DNA of 64,000 bases from Candidatus Saccharimonas sp. (GTDB lineage Bacteria; Patescibacteriota; Saccharimonadia; Saccharimonadales; Saccharimonadaceae), in contig DZCW01000002.1 of NCBI GenBank assembly GCA_022736555.1, forward strand, positions 25,070-89,069, in the 5' to 3' direction. The notes beneath the pieces are model-generated. The model saw nothing but the letters and a program-made list of their open reading frames with translations, made no database searches and was not told where the DNA came from. Below are positions 54,891-63,201 of this stretch, piece by piece. Numbering within the stretch: the first letter of the stretch is position 1; every line of letters starts with the position of its first letter. A program made the position numbers and the translations under genes.

Positions 54891-57287
54891 TCATGCATCA
54901 ATTACGGATTGAGTGAACTTGACATCGTCAGTAGCCGTCAAATCACTGTTCCAAGTCCAAGCGTTAATCTCGGGCATGTCGGCGCCGTGAGCTTTGGCAA
55001 ACTCGGTGTTGTCGGTAATCTTTTTTTGATATTTCATTATTATATCGCGAGCTGTTTCCTCAGGAATTCTACCAGCTGCGGACAGTTTTTCGAAAATCGC
55101 AATGAGCAAATGGTAACGACTAGTTAGATTGCGAGCTTGCATATCAAATGGCGTTGTCGTACTGCCGTGTTCGATATAACCGCGGACGTCGAAACGTCGT
55201 GGGTCGACCGAGTAATTGAATAGGATTGCTTTGATAGTCTCGGGATAGCCATGGAAGTTGACTATTACTGGTTTGTCACTAGTAAAGTGGTTATTAAACT
55301 CTTGATCGCTAATGTGATTACCGCTACGACCAATACCGTGCCCATGTCGGCCACTGGATAGCGAACTGATATTCACAAAGCGCAATCGTGCATCTGGCCA
55401 TTCTTTTTTGGTTAGGTCAATAGCAGCCAGGGCTTCTTTGGTTGGGTAGTCACCAATACCGGTCAGAACAACATCTGGGTTTTGGTCGCTGGCGAAGTCC
55501 CAAGTTGCAATACAATTCTCGACTTGTTCGCGGGCTAACTCTGCAGTTAACCAGCGTGGTTCAAGGGTTTTACCGGCACAAACGACGTTTATTTTCCTAG
55601 TTGATTGCAACATATTTTCCATCACAGCTAATGTTGTGTTGGCATCGGCAGGGAAGAATACGTTGGCAAAGTCACCCTGTCGTCGCAAAACATCGTCAAT
55701 AAATCCAGGGTTTTGGTGGCTAAAGCCATTGTGGTCTTGGCGCCAACCAGAACTGGTCAAGATATAGTTTAATGATGGGAATGCCCCATGCCACTCATAA
55801 TGGTCCATGTGTCGCAGGAATTTAGCGTATTGGTCAACCATGCTACAGATTACTTGGATAAAGGCTTCGTAGCTAGCAAATATAGCGTGTCGCCCGGTCA
55901 GGACGTAACCTTGCATTAAGCCTTGCATATTATGTTCGCTCAACATCTCCATGACACGACCATCGGGTGTAATATCGATATCCCATGGTTCATGTGGCCA
56001 TACCCAGGCACGCGAGGTGGCACCAAAGATAGCATCGAGCTTATTGGAATATGTTTCATCTGGTGACATGAATCGGAAATTTTTATGGTTAGCGTTTAGC
56101 CTAAATACTTCTTTTAGATATAAGCCAGTACGTATCATGCTGCTGGAACCAATCGTGCCTGGAATGTCGGCATCCTCGGTGAAATCTTTGATATCGGGCA
56201 AAATTAATGGTTTATAGACAGCATTCCCGCCGCGAGCATGAGAAGTCATACCTATACGTTGATCGCCAGTTGGTATTATTGCCTTAACGAAATCGCCAAA
56301 ACCCGTTTCGCGGTCAAATAATTCATTAAATTTGTATGATTTCAACCAATCTTCCAACATTTTCAATTGTTCTGGATTTGTCTTGGCATCCGTCAGGACA
56401 ACTTGGTGCGACAAACAGTTACCTTCGATTTTCTTGCCGTCTAATTCTTTGACACCAGTCCAGCCCTTAAGTGTACGCATGATAATCATTGGCATACGAG
56501 GTGCTACGATGTTTTCTTCGGACTTTTTAATGCTCCAAATCATCTGATGAGCCCATTCCAAAGCATCTTCCATTTGTTGGTCTAGATTATCGCCGCTGAC
56601 TAGGCGTGGTTCATAACCGTAACCCCAGAATAACGCTTTTAATTCATCATCACTCATTCGTCCAAAGACGGTTGGTGCGGAAATCTTGTAACCATTTAAA
56701 TGCAAGATAGGTAGTACGGTACCGTTGGTTTTTGGATTAACTAATTTATTAATATGCCACGCACTAGCTGCTGGACCGGTTTCGGCTTCGCCATCACCAA
56801 CCAAACAAGCGACGATCATATTGGGATTATCTAGGGCAGCACCATAAGAAGTCGATAGGGAATAGCCTAACTCGCCACCCTCAAGGATAACGCCAGGTGT
56901 GCCTGGGTTGCTGTGGCTAGGGAATCCATAAGGCCAACTGAAGTTTCGACAAATATATTCAACACCCTCGTAAGTATGAGTAGCTTGAGGGTAAAATTCA
57001 CCCAAAGTACCCTCTAAAAACAGGTTAGCTTGTAATGCAGGGAAAGCGTGGCCTGGCCCTAATACGAACATCATTTCTTGACCGTATTTTTTGACAAGTT
57101 TATTTAAATGAGAATAGATTAAATTAACGCCCGGGCCTGATCCCCAGTGACCGAGTAATCGAGGTTTTATATCGTCAGCTGTTAGCGGTCGCTCGAGCAG
57201 GAAGTTATCCTGTAGGAAAATTTGTGCAGCTGTTAAATAATTTGTGGCTCGCCTAAAACGTTCAAAATCTAATATATCTTCATTCAT
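54891..57287 (-). CDS. xfp: Xylulose-5-phosphate/fructose-6-phosphate phosphoketolase
   Basis: 798 aa with EGGELGYSLS and GDGEAETGP ThDP motifs. Confidence 0.95.
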   Translation of the reverse strand: MNEDILDFERFRRATNYLTAAQIFLQDNFLLERPLTADDIKPRLLGHWGSGPGVNLIYSHLNKLVKKYGQEMMFVLGPGHAFPALQANLFLEGTLGEFYPQATHTYEGVEYICRNFSWPYGFPSHSNPGTPGVILEGGELGYSLSTSYGAALDNPNMIVACLVGDGEAETGPAASAWHINKLVNPKTNGTVLPILHLNGYKISAPTVFGRMSDDELKALFWGYGYEPRLVSGDNLDQQMEDALEWAHQMIWSIKKSEENIVAPRMPMIIMRTLKGWTGVKELDGKKIEGNCLSHQVVLTDAKTNPEQLKMLEDWLKSYKFNELFDRETGFGDFVKAIIPTGDQRIGMTSHARGGNAVYKPLILPDIKDFTEDADIPGTIGSSSMIRTGLYLKEVFRLNANHKNFRFMSPDETYSNKLDAIFGATSRAWVWPHEPWDIDITPDGRVMEMLSEHNMQGLMQGYVLTGRHAIFASYEAFIQVICSMVDQYAKFLRHMDHYEWHGAFPSLNYILTSSGWRQDHNGFSHQNPGFIDDVLRRQGDFANVFFPADANTTLAVMENMLQSTRKINVVCAGKTLEPRWLTAELAREQVENCIATWDFASDQNPDVVLTGIGDYPTKEALAAIDLTKKEWPDARLRFVNISSLSSGRHGHGIGRSGNHISDQEFNNHFTSDKPVIVNFHGYPETIKAILFNYSVDPRRFDVRGYIEHGSTTTPFDMQARNLTSRYHLLIAIFEKLSAAGRIPEETARDIIMKYQKKITDNTEFAKAHGADMPEINAWTWNSDLTATDDVKFTQSVIDA

Positions 57288-57370
57288 ACTTATGCTTATT
57301 GTATAGGAGTAGATATCATTTGTAAAACCGTTATTTTACTGATAGGCCATTATCTGTTAAGCTGGTGATT

Positions 57371-58201
57371 ATGAAAATTTTAAACGGATCAGAATTATCT
57401 GGTTATATCAAGGAACGCCAAGCCAGACAGGTTAGGGCTCTTCGTCAGTCATGGCACGTGATTCCACGACTAGCGATTGTGCGTACCGGTGATAATCCAG
57501 TGATTGATACTTATATCCGTTTAAAAAATATCTATGGTAGTGATATAGGTGTTGAAGTGGATGTTTACACTCCGTCAGATACTGAGTTATTGAATCAAAT
57601 CGAATCACTTAACCGTGATAATAATGCCCACGGAATTATTATTCAATTACCACTATCCGATAATTCCCAGACGGATGCTGCAGTAAGTGCTGTTAACCCT
57701 GCAAAGGACGTCGATGGGTTGGGCGGTAATTCGGTATTTACACCAGCAACGGCTATGGCGATTGACTGGTTATTGGCGGGCTATAATGTAGCACTTTTTG
57801 AAAAAAAGATCGTGATCGTAGGTAATGGCCGTCTAGTTGGTGCACCGCTATCTAAATTATGGAAAAGTTCGGGGTTAGATGTTGTGGTGTGCGATAGCAA
57901 GACATTAGATTTGACAGGGGCACTAAAAGAGGCCGATATAATAGTCACTGCTACCGGTGTTCCAGGCATAGTCAAAAGTGACATGATTCATTCAGGAGCA
58001 GTCGTGGTTGATGCTGGGACTGCCTCGGAATACGGTAAAATCGTAGGTGATTTGGCAGCTGATGTTCGTGAACGTCAAGATCTGACGATCACTCCTCTAA
58101 AAGGCGGCGTTGGGCCGTTAACGGTTGCGGCGCTATTCGATAATGTTATAAATGCTGCTCGAAAAATAGCTGACGAAAACGGTCAACAAGATATTCGTTA
58201 G
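57371..58201 (+). CDS. folD: Bifunctional methylene-THF dehydrogenase/methenyl-THF cyclohydrolase FolD
   Basis: MKILNGSELSGYIKE..., GIIIQLPL, VVGNGRLVGAPL and TPLKGGVGPLT motifs. Confidence 0.9.
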   Translation: MKILNGSELSGYIKERQARQVRALRQSWHVIPRLAIVRTGDNPVIDTYIRLKNIYGSDIGVEVDVYTPSDTELLNQIESLNRDNNAHGIIIQLPLSDNSQTDAAVSAVNPAKDVDGLGGNSVFTPATAMAIDWLLAGYNVALFEKKIVIVGNGRLVGAPLSKLWKSSGLDVVVCDSKTLDLTGALKEADIIVTATGVPGIVKSDMIHSGAVVVDAGTASEYGKIVGDLAADVRERQDLTITPLKGGVGPLTVAALFDNVINAARKIADENGQQDIR

Positions 58202-58208
58202 TTATTTT

Positions 58209-58580
58209 CTAAGTAATATTTAAGGCTTTTTTAACTTGTTCTAGAACCTGATTTGGTGTTAGGTTGGCTTTGACGATGTAGCTATGGATGTTTAGGGCTT
58301 TTAGTTCTTTTGGTGATTCTTCTTCGCCAAGGTTAGTTAAAATAATGACCGGGACACTTTTACCCCAGTCATTTTTGCGTATAATTTCGAGTGCTTCAGT
58401 GCCGTTCATTTCTGGCATCTGTAGATCGAGTAGTATTATGTCAGGCGAGAAGGCTTCGACCAATTCCACACCACGTTTACCGTTGTCTGCTATCTGTACG
58501 TCAAAGCCGGCGGCCTCGAATTTCATGCGATACATTTGACTAATTACTGAGTCGTCTTCGATAATAGCTATCTTTGTCAT
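58209..58580 (-). CDS. Stand-alone response-regulator receiver domain (CheY-like)
   Basis: IIEDD acidic pocket, phospho-acceptor D in ILLDLQMPEMNG, and the conserved T and K (LTN...KA). Confidence 0.8.
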   Translation of the reverse strand: MTKIAIIEDDSVISQMYRMKFEAAGFDVQIADNGKRGVELVEAFSPDIILLDLQMPEMNGTEALEIIRKNDWGKSVPVIILTNLGEEESPKELKALNIHSYIVKANLTPNQVLEQVKKALNIT

Positions 58581-58664
58581 ACTTTGATGGTATAATAAAC
58601 CTCAATTAATTACCATAGAAGTTGTATTAATTAGATTTTAACTTAACGATTAGATGAGGCAAGA

Positions 58665-59690
58665 ATGTCAAACACGAATCTAAAAGAAAAATTAATTGAA
58701 CTTAGTGAATTGGTCGATCCTGTGATTAAGCAGTTGCTTACGCAGGATGTTGAAAGGATGAACGCTGATCTAGCTTTTTACCAATGTAGTGTTGGTGGTA
58801 AAAAGATTAGGCCGGCGCTAGTTATCTTGAGCGGACAGGTGTTTGGTGGTGATGTCAAAGATTTAGTTTATCCGGCTGCCTCAGCCGAGATACTCCACAA
58901 CTCAACCTTAATTATCGATGACATTATAGATCATTCAGAATTTAGGCGAGATGAGCCGACTTGTTGGAACAAATTCGGAACGTCAATTGCGGAATGTAAT
59001 TCTTTTACATATGTCGCATCTGTTTTTGCTGGTTTGACGCATGTCAATAATAGTTCAAAATTAGTTGACCTATATAGCACTACATTGAAAATAATTGTTG
59101 ATGGTGAAATCAAAGACATATTATTTGAACGTTCTGGCCGAGAAGATGAAAAATATGTCGTCGAGCATAGGTATAAAAACATTACCAAAGACGATTATTT
59201 TGAAATGATCAGTAAAAAAACAGCGATATTATTGCAGACATGTTGCCAGGCCGGTGCTATATGTGCCGATGCTAGTCACGAGCAGGTTGAATTAATCGGT
59301 AATTTTGGTTTTGATTTGGGTATGGCTTTCCAGATACGAGATGACATATTAGACATATTTGGTGATGAAAAAGAGTTTGGTAAAAAAATCGGTAAGGACA
59401 TCATAGAAAAAAAGATGGGTAATTTTGTTATCCTATCGGCAATTGACCAACTTGATGAAAAAGGTAAAGGTACGCTACGTAATATACTAGAATCTTCTAA
59501 CGAAGTTTCGGATGAAGATATTGCAACCGTAACGTCGTTAATCGAGACGACTAACGCTAAAAAAGATGCCGAAGATGTTGCTAATTTATATATTCAGGAT
59601 GCTTCATGGTTATTGGCCAAGTTACCACAAAACGAGTATAGTGAGCAACTTGGAGCGATCGCAAAATATATTGTCGATAGAGAAAAATAA
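58665..59690 (+). CDS. trans-Polyprenyl diphosphate synthase (chain length unresolved)
   Basis: FARM LIIDDIIDH and SARM FQIRDDILD. Residues -4/-5 before the FARM are Thr/Ser, not aromatic. Confidence 0.85.
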   Translation: MSNTNLKEKLIELSELVDPVIKQLLTQDVERMNADLAFYQCSVGGKKIRPALVILSGQVFGGDVKDLVYPAASAEILHNSTLIIDDIIDHSEFRRDEPTCWNKFGTSIAECNSFTYVASVFAGLTHVNNSSKLVDLYSTTLKIIVDGEIKDILFERSGREDEKYVVEHRYKNITKDDYFEMISKKTAILLQTCCQAGAICADASHEQVELIGNFGFDLGMAFQIRDDILDIFGDEKEFGKKIGKDIIEKKMGNFVILSAIDQLDEKGKGTLRNILESSNEVSDEDIATVTSLIETTNAKKDAEDVANLYIQDASWLLAKLPQNEYSEQLGAIAKYIVDREK

Positions 59691-60218
59691 ATGGCAGAAG
59701 TAGTATTAGTTGATAATCAAGATAATGAAGTCGGTACAAAAGACAAGATCCAGGCGCACTTAGGCGAAGGTGATCTTCATCGTGCATTTACGGTATTAGT
59801 GTTTAATGAAAAAGGTGAAACCTTGGTCGCTCAGAGAAGCGCTGATAAAATGTTATGGCCTTCGTTTTGGGATAATACCTGTGCTAGCCATCCATTGCCA
59901 GGCGAAGGTTATGTCGAGGCGGGTGAGCGCAGACTAATGGAAGAATTAGGCTTTACTTGTGATCTAGCTGTGGTTGACTGTTTTCAATACAAAGAGCGAT
60001 TTGGGGATGTGGGTTCGGAAAATGAGCTATGTACAACACTAACAGGCGATTATAATGGGGAAGTTCAGCCCGTAGCTAGCGAAGTTTCGGACTATAAATG
60101 GATGGGTATTGGCGAATTGAAAAGCGACATGATCAAAAACCCAGATATATACACAATATGGTTTAAAATAGCGCTGGACAGGCTGATCGAGCAAGGCAAA
60201 ATAATACAGAAGGACTAG
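59691..60218 (+). CDS. idi: Isopentenyl-diphosphate delta-isomerase, type 1 (Nudix fold)
   Basis: LHRAFTVLVFN, WDNTCASHP (catalytic Cys) and RRLMEELG. Starts on the nucleotide after the synthase stop. Confidence 0.85.
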   Translation: MAEVVLVDNQDNEVGTKDKIQAHLGEGDLHRAFTVLVFNEKGETLVAQRSADKMLWPSFWDNTCASHPLPGEGYVEAGERRLMEELGFTCDLAVVDCFQYKERFGDVGSENELCTTLTGDYNGEVQPVASEVSDYKWMGIGELKSDMIKNPDIYTIWFKIALDRLIEQGKIIQKD

Positions 60219-60220
60219 TC

Positions 60221-60667
60221 ATGATTATAAAAAATAAGACTTTGGAATATAAAACAAAAGGCGAGTATGAATTCGAGGATATAACCGAAGCGGTTTTTGA
60301 ATTCGTAAAAGATTCAGGTATTAAGAATGGTTTAGTCAATGTTCAGACATTACATACGACTGCGGCTGTGATCGTCAACGAAAATGAGCCACTTCTAATC
60401 GAAGATATGAAAAACAATTTTCGTGAGATTGCCAAGAAAGATATTTATTATGGCCATAACGATTTCGAGGTCAGAACCGTAAATATGTGCGGTCTGGATG
60501 AATGTAAAAATGGGCATTCCCATTGTTTGTCGGCTTATTTGCCAGTAAGCGTTACGTTGAATATTATTGATGACAAAGTCTCTTTTGGTGAATGGCAGAG
60601 GATATTTTTTATTGAATTAGATCATTCTCGCACTAGAAAAGTTCAGATTCAAGTATTAGGGGAGTAA
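60221..60667 (+). CDS. YjbQ/UPF0047-family protein
   Basis: LHTTAAVIVNENEP and GHSH motifs typical of the YjbQ family. Confidence 0.75.
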   Translation: MIIKNKTLEYKTKGEYEFEDITEAVFEFVKDSGIKNGLVNVQTLHTTAAVIVNENEPLLIEDMKNNFREIAKKDIYYGHNDFEVRTVNMCGLDECKNGHSHCLSAYLPVSVTLNIIDDKVSFGEWQRIFFIELDHSRTRKVQIQVLGE

Positions 60668-60679
60668 TTACAATTACCG

Positions 60680-61057
60680 ATGGATTTCGTTAATCAGATA
60701 ATCAAACTTGTTATGGATTTCGCGGCTAAGTCCGAGGCGACTTATCATGTTAATCCTTGGATTTTCTGTGTTTTATTTTTTGGCAGTGCGCTACCACTTT
60801 ATTATGGTTATTATCGAATCGGTCGATCGGTTATCAAGATCGAAGAAGGTAAGATTACTAGAAAACACCTAAATAAAAAAGAATTGAAAATTGGTGTAAT
60901 GATATCTTCGGCGGCCTGGATATTACCATATTCGTACGTGTTAATATTCGGTAAGCTGCCTATGGATATAATTTTGATTTTTATAGCTATAGTTTTTGTG
61001 TTGGGCTTGTTTTTTGTTAAAACATTAATTAGTAAAATTTCTACAATAATTAAATAA
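60680..61057 (+). CDS. Small membrane protein, unknown function
   Basis: 125 aa with 3-4 hydrophobic helices. Same strand and tightly spaced after yjbQ. Confidence 0.45.
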   Translation: MDFVNQIIKLVMDFAAKSEATYHVNPWIFCVLFFGSALPLYYGYYRIGRSVIKIEEGKITRKHLNKKELKIGVMISSAAWILPYSYVLIFGKLPMDIILIFIAIVFVLGLFFVKTLISKISTIIK

Positions 61058-61080
61058 TGTTATAAACTATACTATTTAAT

Positions 61081-62028
61081 ATGATGTATACATATCTACT
61101 TCAAAAAGACGTTAGTGATTACTCTTGGAATGTTGCGCATCTTTATGAGCACTCTTTTTGCCATGCTTTTTTTGATCATATGTCGCAACACGATATTGAT
61201 TTCGGGGTGTATGGCTTTTTAAATGCAGAAACATTCGAACATACTATCTTTATTTATGCTGGTTTTTATAATAAAAATATTGCTGATTTATTCGAAATAT
61301 TTTTTAAAGTCAATAATATACCAGAAAACTTTATCGATAAATCTTTGTCTGAAATTGGTATTGAAGATAACTTAACATATGTAGTGGCTGACCCTATTAA
61401 ATTGCGCGAACAGTTTCGTGCTATCAATCAAACGGCCTGGGTCGACGTAAGTTCATTAGAGGCCGGTCGCTACTTTAGGAATAGGCCATCCATAATATCG
61501 CCTTTAATTGCTAAACGTTCGTCTATGCAATATCGTGATATTGTTATTTATTACTATATTGAAAACGGTACGATAGACGAAAATATATTAATGTTGCGCT
61601 GGAGCGTAATACTGGATGATATTATTAGAACGCATCTAAATAATAATTTGGCATGTTATTCAATTTATTCATCGCCAGTTTATGCTATAAAAGATAATAC
61701 AATCGGCCGCACTCAAATAGTCCGATTCTCGAGAAGCGCTAAAATTAAAGACATAAAAGATAAAGTAGAAAATATAGTAAAGACATTTGATATTAAGAAA
61801 AATTTCCTATACATAAATGATCATTTTGTTGAATACGATAATAAACTGACTTGGCGTGATGATCCAATTATGTATTATAAACATACGGATATTATTACTA
61901 GTAATTCTTACGTAGCTTCTCTTGCTACGATAGATAATTTGTTAAATCTTATGGATAAGACTAAAATATCTGTTCAAAGTTATTCACAACCTTCTTTTGA
62001 CTATCTGCAGAAGCGGCTAAATAAATAG
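61081..62028 (+). CDS. Hypothetical protein with an M16-like inverted zinc motif (HxxEH)
   Basis: NVAHLYEHSFCH near the N-terminus resembles the pitrilysin-family G-x-A-H-x-x-E-H-x-x-F. Very AT-rich. 315 aa, roughly one M16 half-domain. Confidence 0.4.
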   Translation: MMYTYLLQKDVSDYSWNVAHLYEHSFCHAFFDHMSQHDIDFGVYGFLNAETFEHTIFIYAGFYNKNIADLFEIFFKVNNIPENFIDKSLSEIGIEDNLTYVVADPIKLREQFRAINQTAWVDVSSLEAGRYFRNRPSIISPLIAKRSSMQYRDIVIYYYIENGTIDENILMLRWSVILDDIIRTHLNNNLACYSIYSSPVYAIKDNTIGRTQIVRFSRSAKIKDIKDKVENIVKTFDIKKNFLYINDHFVEYDNKLTWRDDPIMYYKHTDIITSNSYVASLATIDNLLNLMDKTKISVQSYSQPSFDYLQKRLNK

Positions 62029-62072
62029 CCCATGTGAATATCATTAAGAATTAAGAATGGTGCTGTTTTTAG

Positions 62073-62492
62073 CTACTGAATATTAGCTAAAACATATGAT
62101 TTAAGTGCGGGTGTGCACTGTTCGATATCAATAGATTTTAGGTCTACCCAAAACACTTCGGGCGTTTCTTCTGATGTCGCAGGAATTTCATTACCCGTCA
62201 CGGAACATTTAAAAAATAGATATAATTTTGCTTTATCTTTAGCAATAGAACTCGATTCTAGCCAGCTATCTACTAAAATATCAACATCAGTCTCCTCTTT
62301 AAGTTCGCGGATCAGGGCTGCTTCGATGGTATCTTGTATGAGACCACTGTTCTCTTCAACTTCAACCGTCCCACCAGGTATAGCTAGCATACCGGGAAAT
62401 GTCTCTTCATCGTCTGCGCGACGGATAACTAGAAGCTCGTTCTTGGAATTAAATACAAACCCGCTGACAATAACCTTAAACTGATTGATCAT
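62073..62492 (-). CDS. Nudix hydrolase
   Basis: Nudix box GGTVEVEENSGLIQDTIEAALIRELKEETDV. Confidence 0.8.
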   Translation of the reverse strand: MINQFKVIVSGFVFNSKNELLVIRRADDEETFPGMLAIPGGTVEVEENSGLIQDTIEAALIRELKEETDVDILVDSWLESSSIAKDKAKLYLFFKCSVTGNEIPATSEETPEVFWVDLKSIDIEQCTPALKSYVLANIQ

Positions 62493-63201
62493 CGATTAAT
62501 ATATCCTTTCGATTTAATATGTTTCGCTTAATTATAGCATCTATGACGATTTTCTCGATTGACCTAGGGTCCTGAGCGCCATTAATACTAATAAGATTAT
62601 CATTTCGTTTACTTAAGACCTCAAAGGCCTCTTCGTAATATCCGTTCGAACTAAGAATATTATTATGGCGAAACTCATATTTTGGATCGTTAATATTAAG
62701 CCGATTTATTAGTGTGTCTATTGGTGTATTTAGATATATCGTTAGATCAGGCTCGAGTGAATATATAGCATTCGTTTCAAGTGAATCACCTTCGATATTT
62801 CGATACATGTTATTAAATTTTGGTTCTAAACCCTCTTTTAATGTCATCTGAGCACGGCTAATATGGAAGCGATCAAACAATATGACCGCCTCTGGATCTG
62901 ATGATATATTTGTGCGTTTTATAGCAGCTTCCGCTAAAAGTCTACGGGCCCCAATTCGCCAAGCATCAAATTCATTTTCAAAGCCTTTGGTGTAAGTTCT
63001 AAAGTTATTCCACCATTCCGATTCTGGGTCACAGCCATAGCTATTTGTTCCTGGGCGAGAACCATCCCCCCTGAGTACGTGTGGGTGTAGCCCGTTTCGT
63101 AGAAGATTCGACTCTAGTAATTCAATCTGGGTATTCTTGCCGGAGCGATGGTTACCGTCAAATGCGATTATAGGGATGTGTTCTAGTGTCTGATTTATAG
63201 T
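62476..63201 (-). CDS. dTMP-kinase-like P-loop kinase: open frame with no canonical start before the P-loop
   Basis: My manual translation upstream of the track ORF gives ...IIAFDGNHRSGKNTQIELLE...LRGDGSRPGT...FDRFHISRAQ (TMPK-like P-loop, DR(Y/F) and lid). No ATG/GTG/TTG lies between the upstream stop (63202-63204) and the TTG at 62880. Confidence 0.5.
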   Translation of the reverse strand, partial: TINQTLEHIPIIAFDGNHRSGKNTQIELLESNLLRNGLHPHVLRGDGSRPGTNSYGCDPESEWWNNFRTYTKGFENEFDAWRIGARRLLAEAAIKRTNISSDPEAVILFDRFHISRAQMTLKEGLEPKFNNMYRNIEGDSLETNAIYSLEPDLTIYLNTPIDTLINRLNINDPKYEFRHNNILSSNGYYEEAFEVLSKRNDNLISINGAQDPRSIEKIVIDAIIKRNILNRKDILIDDQSV

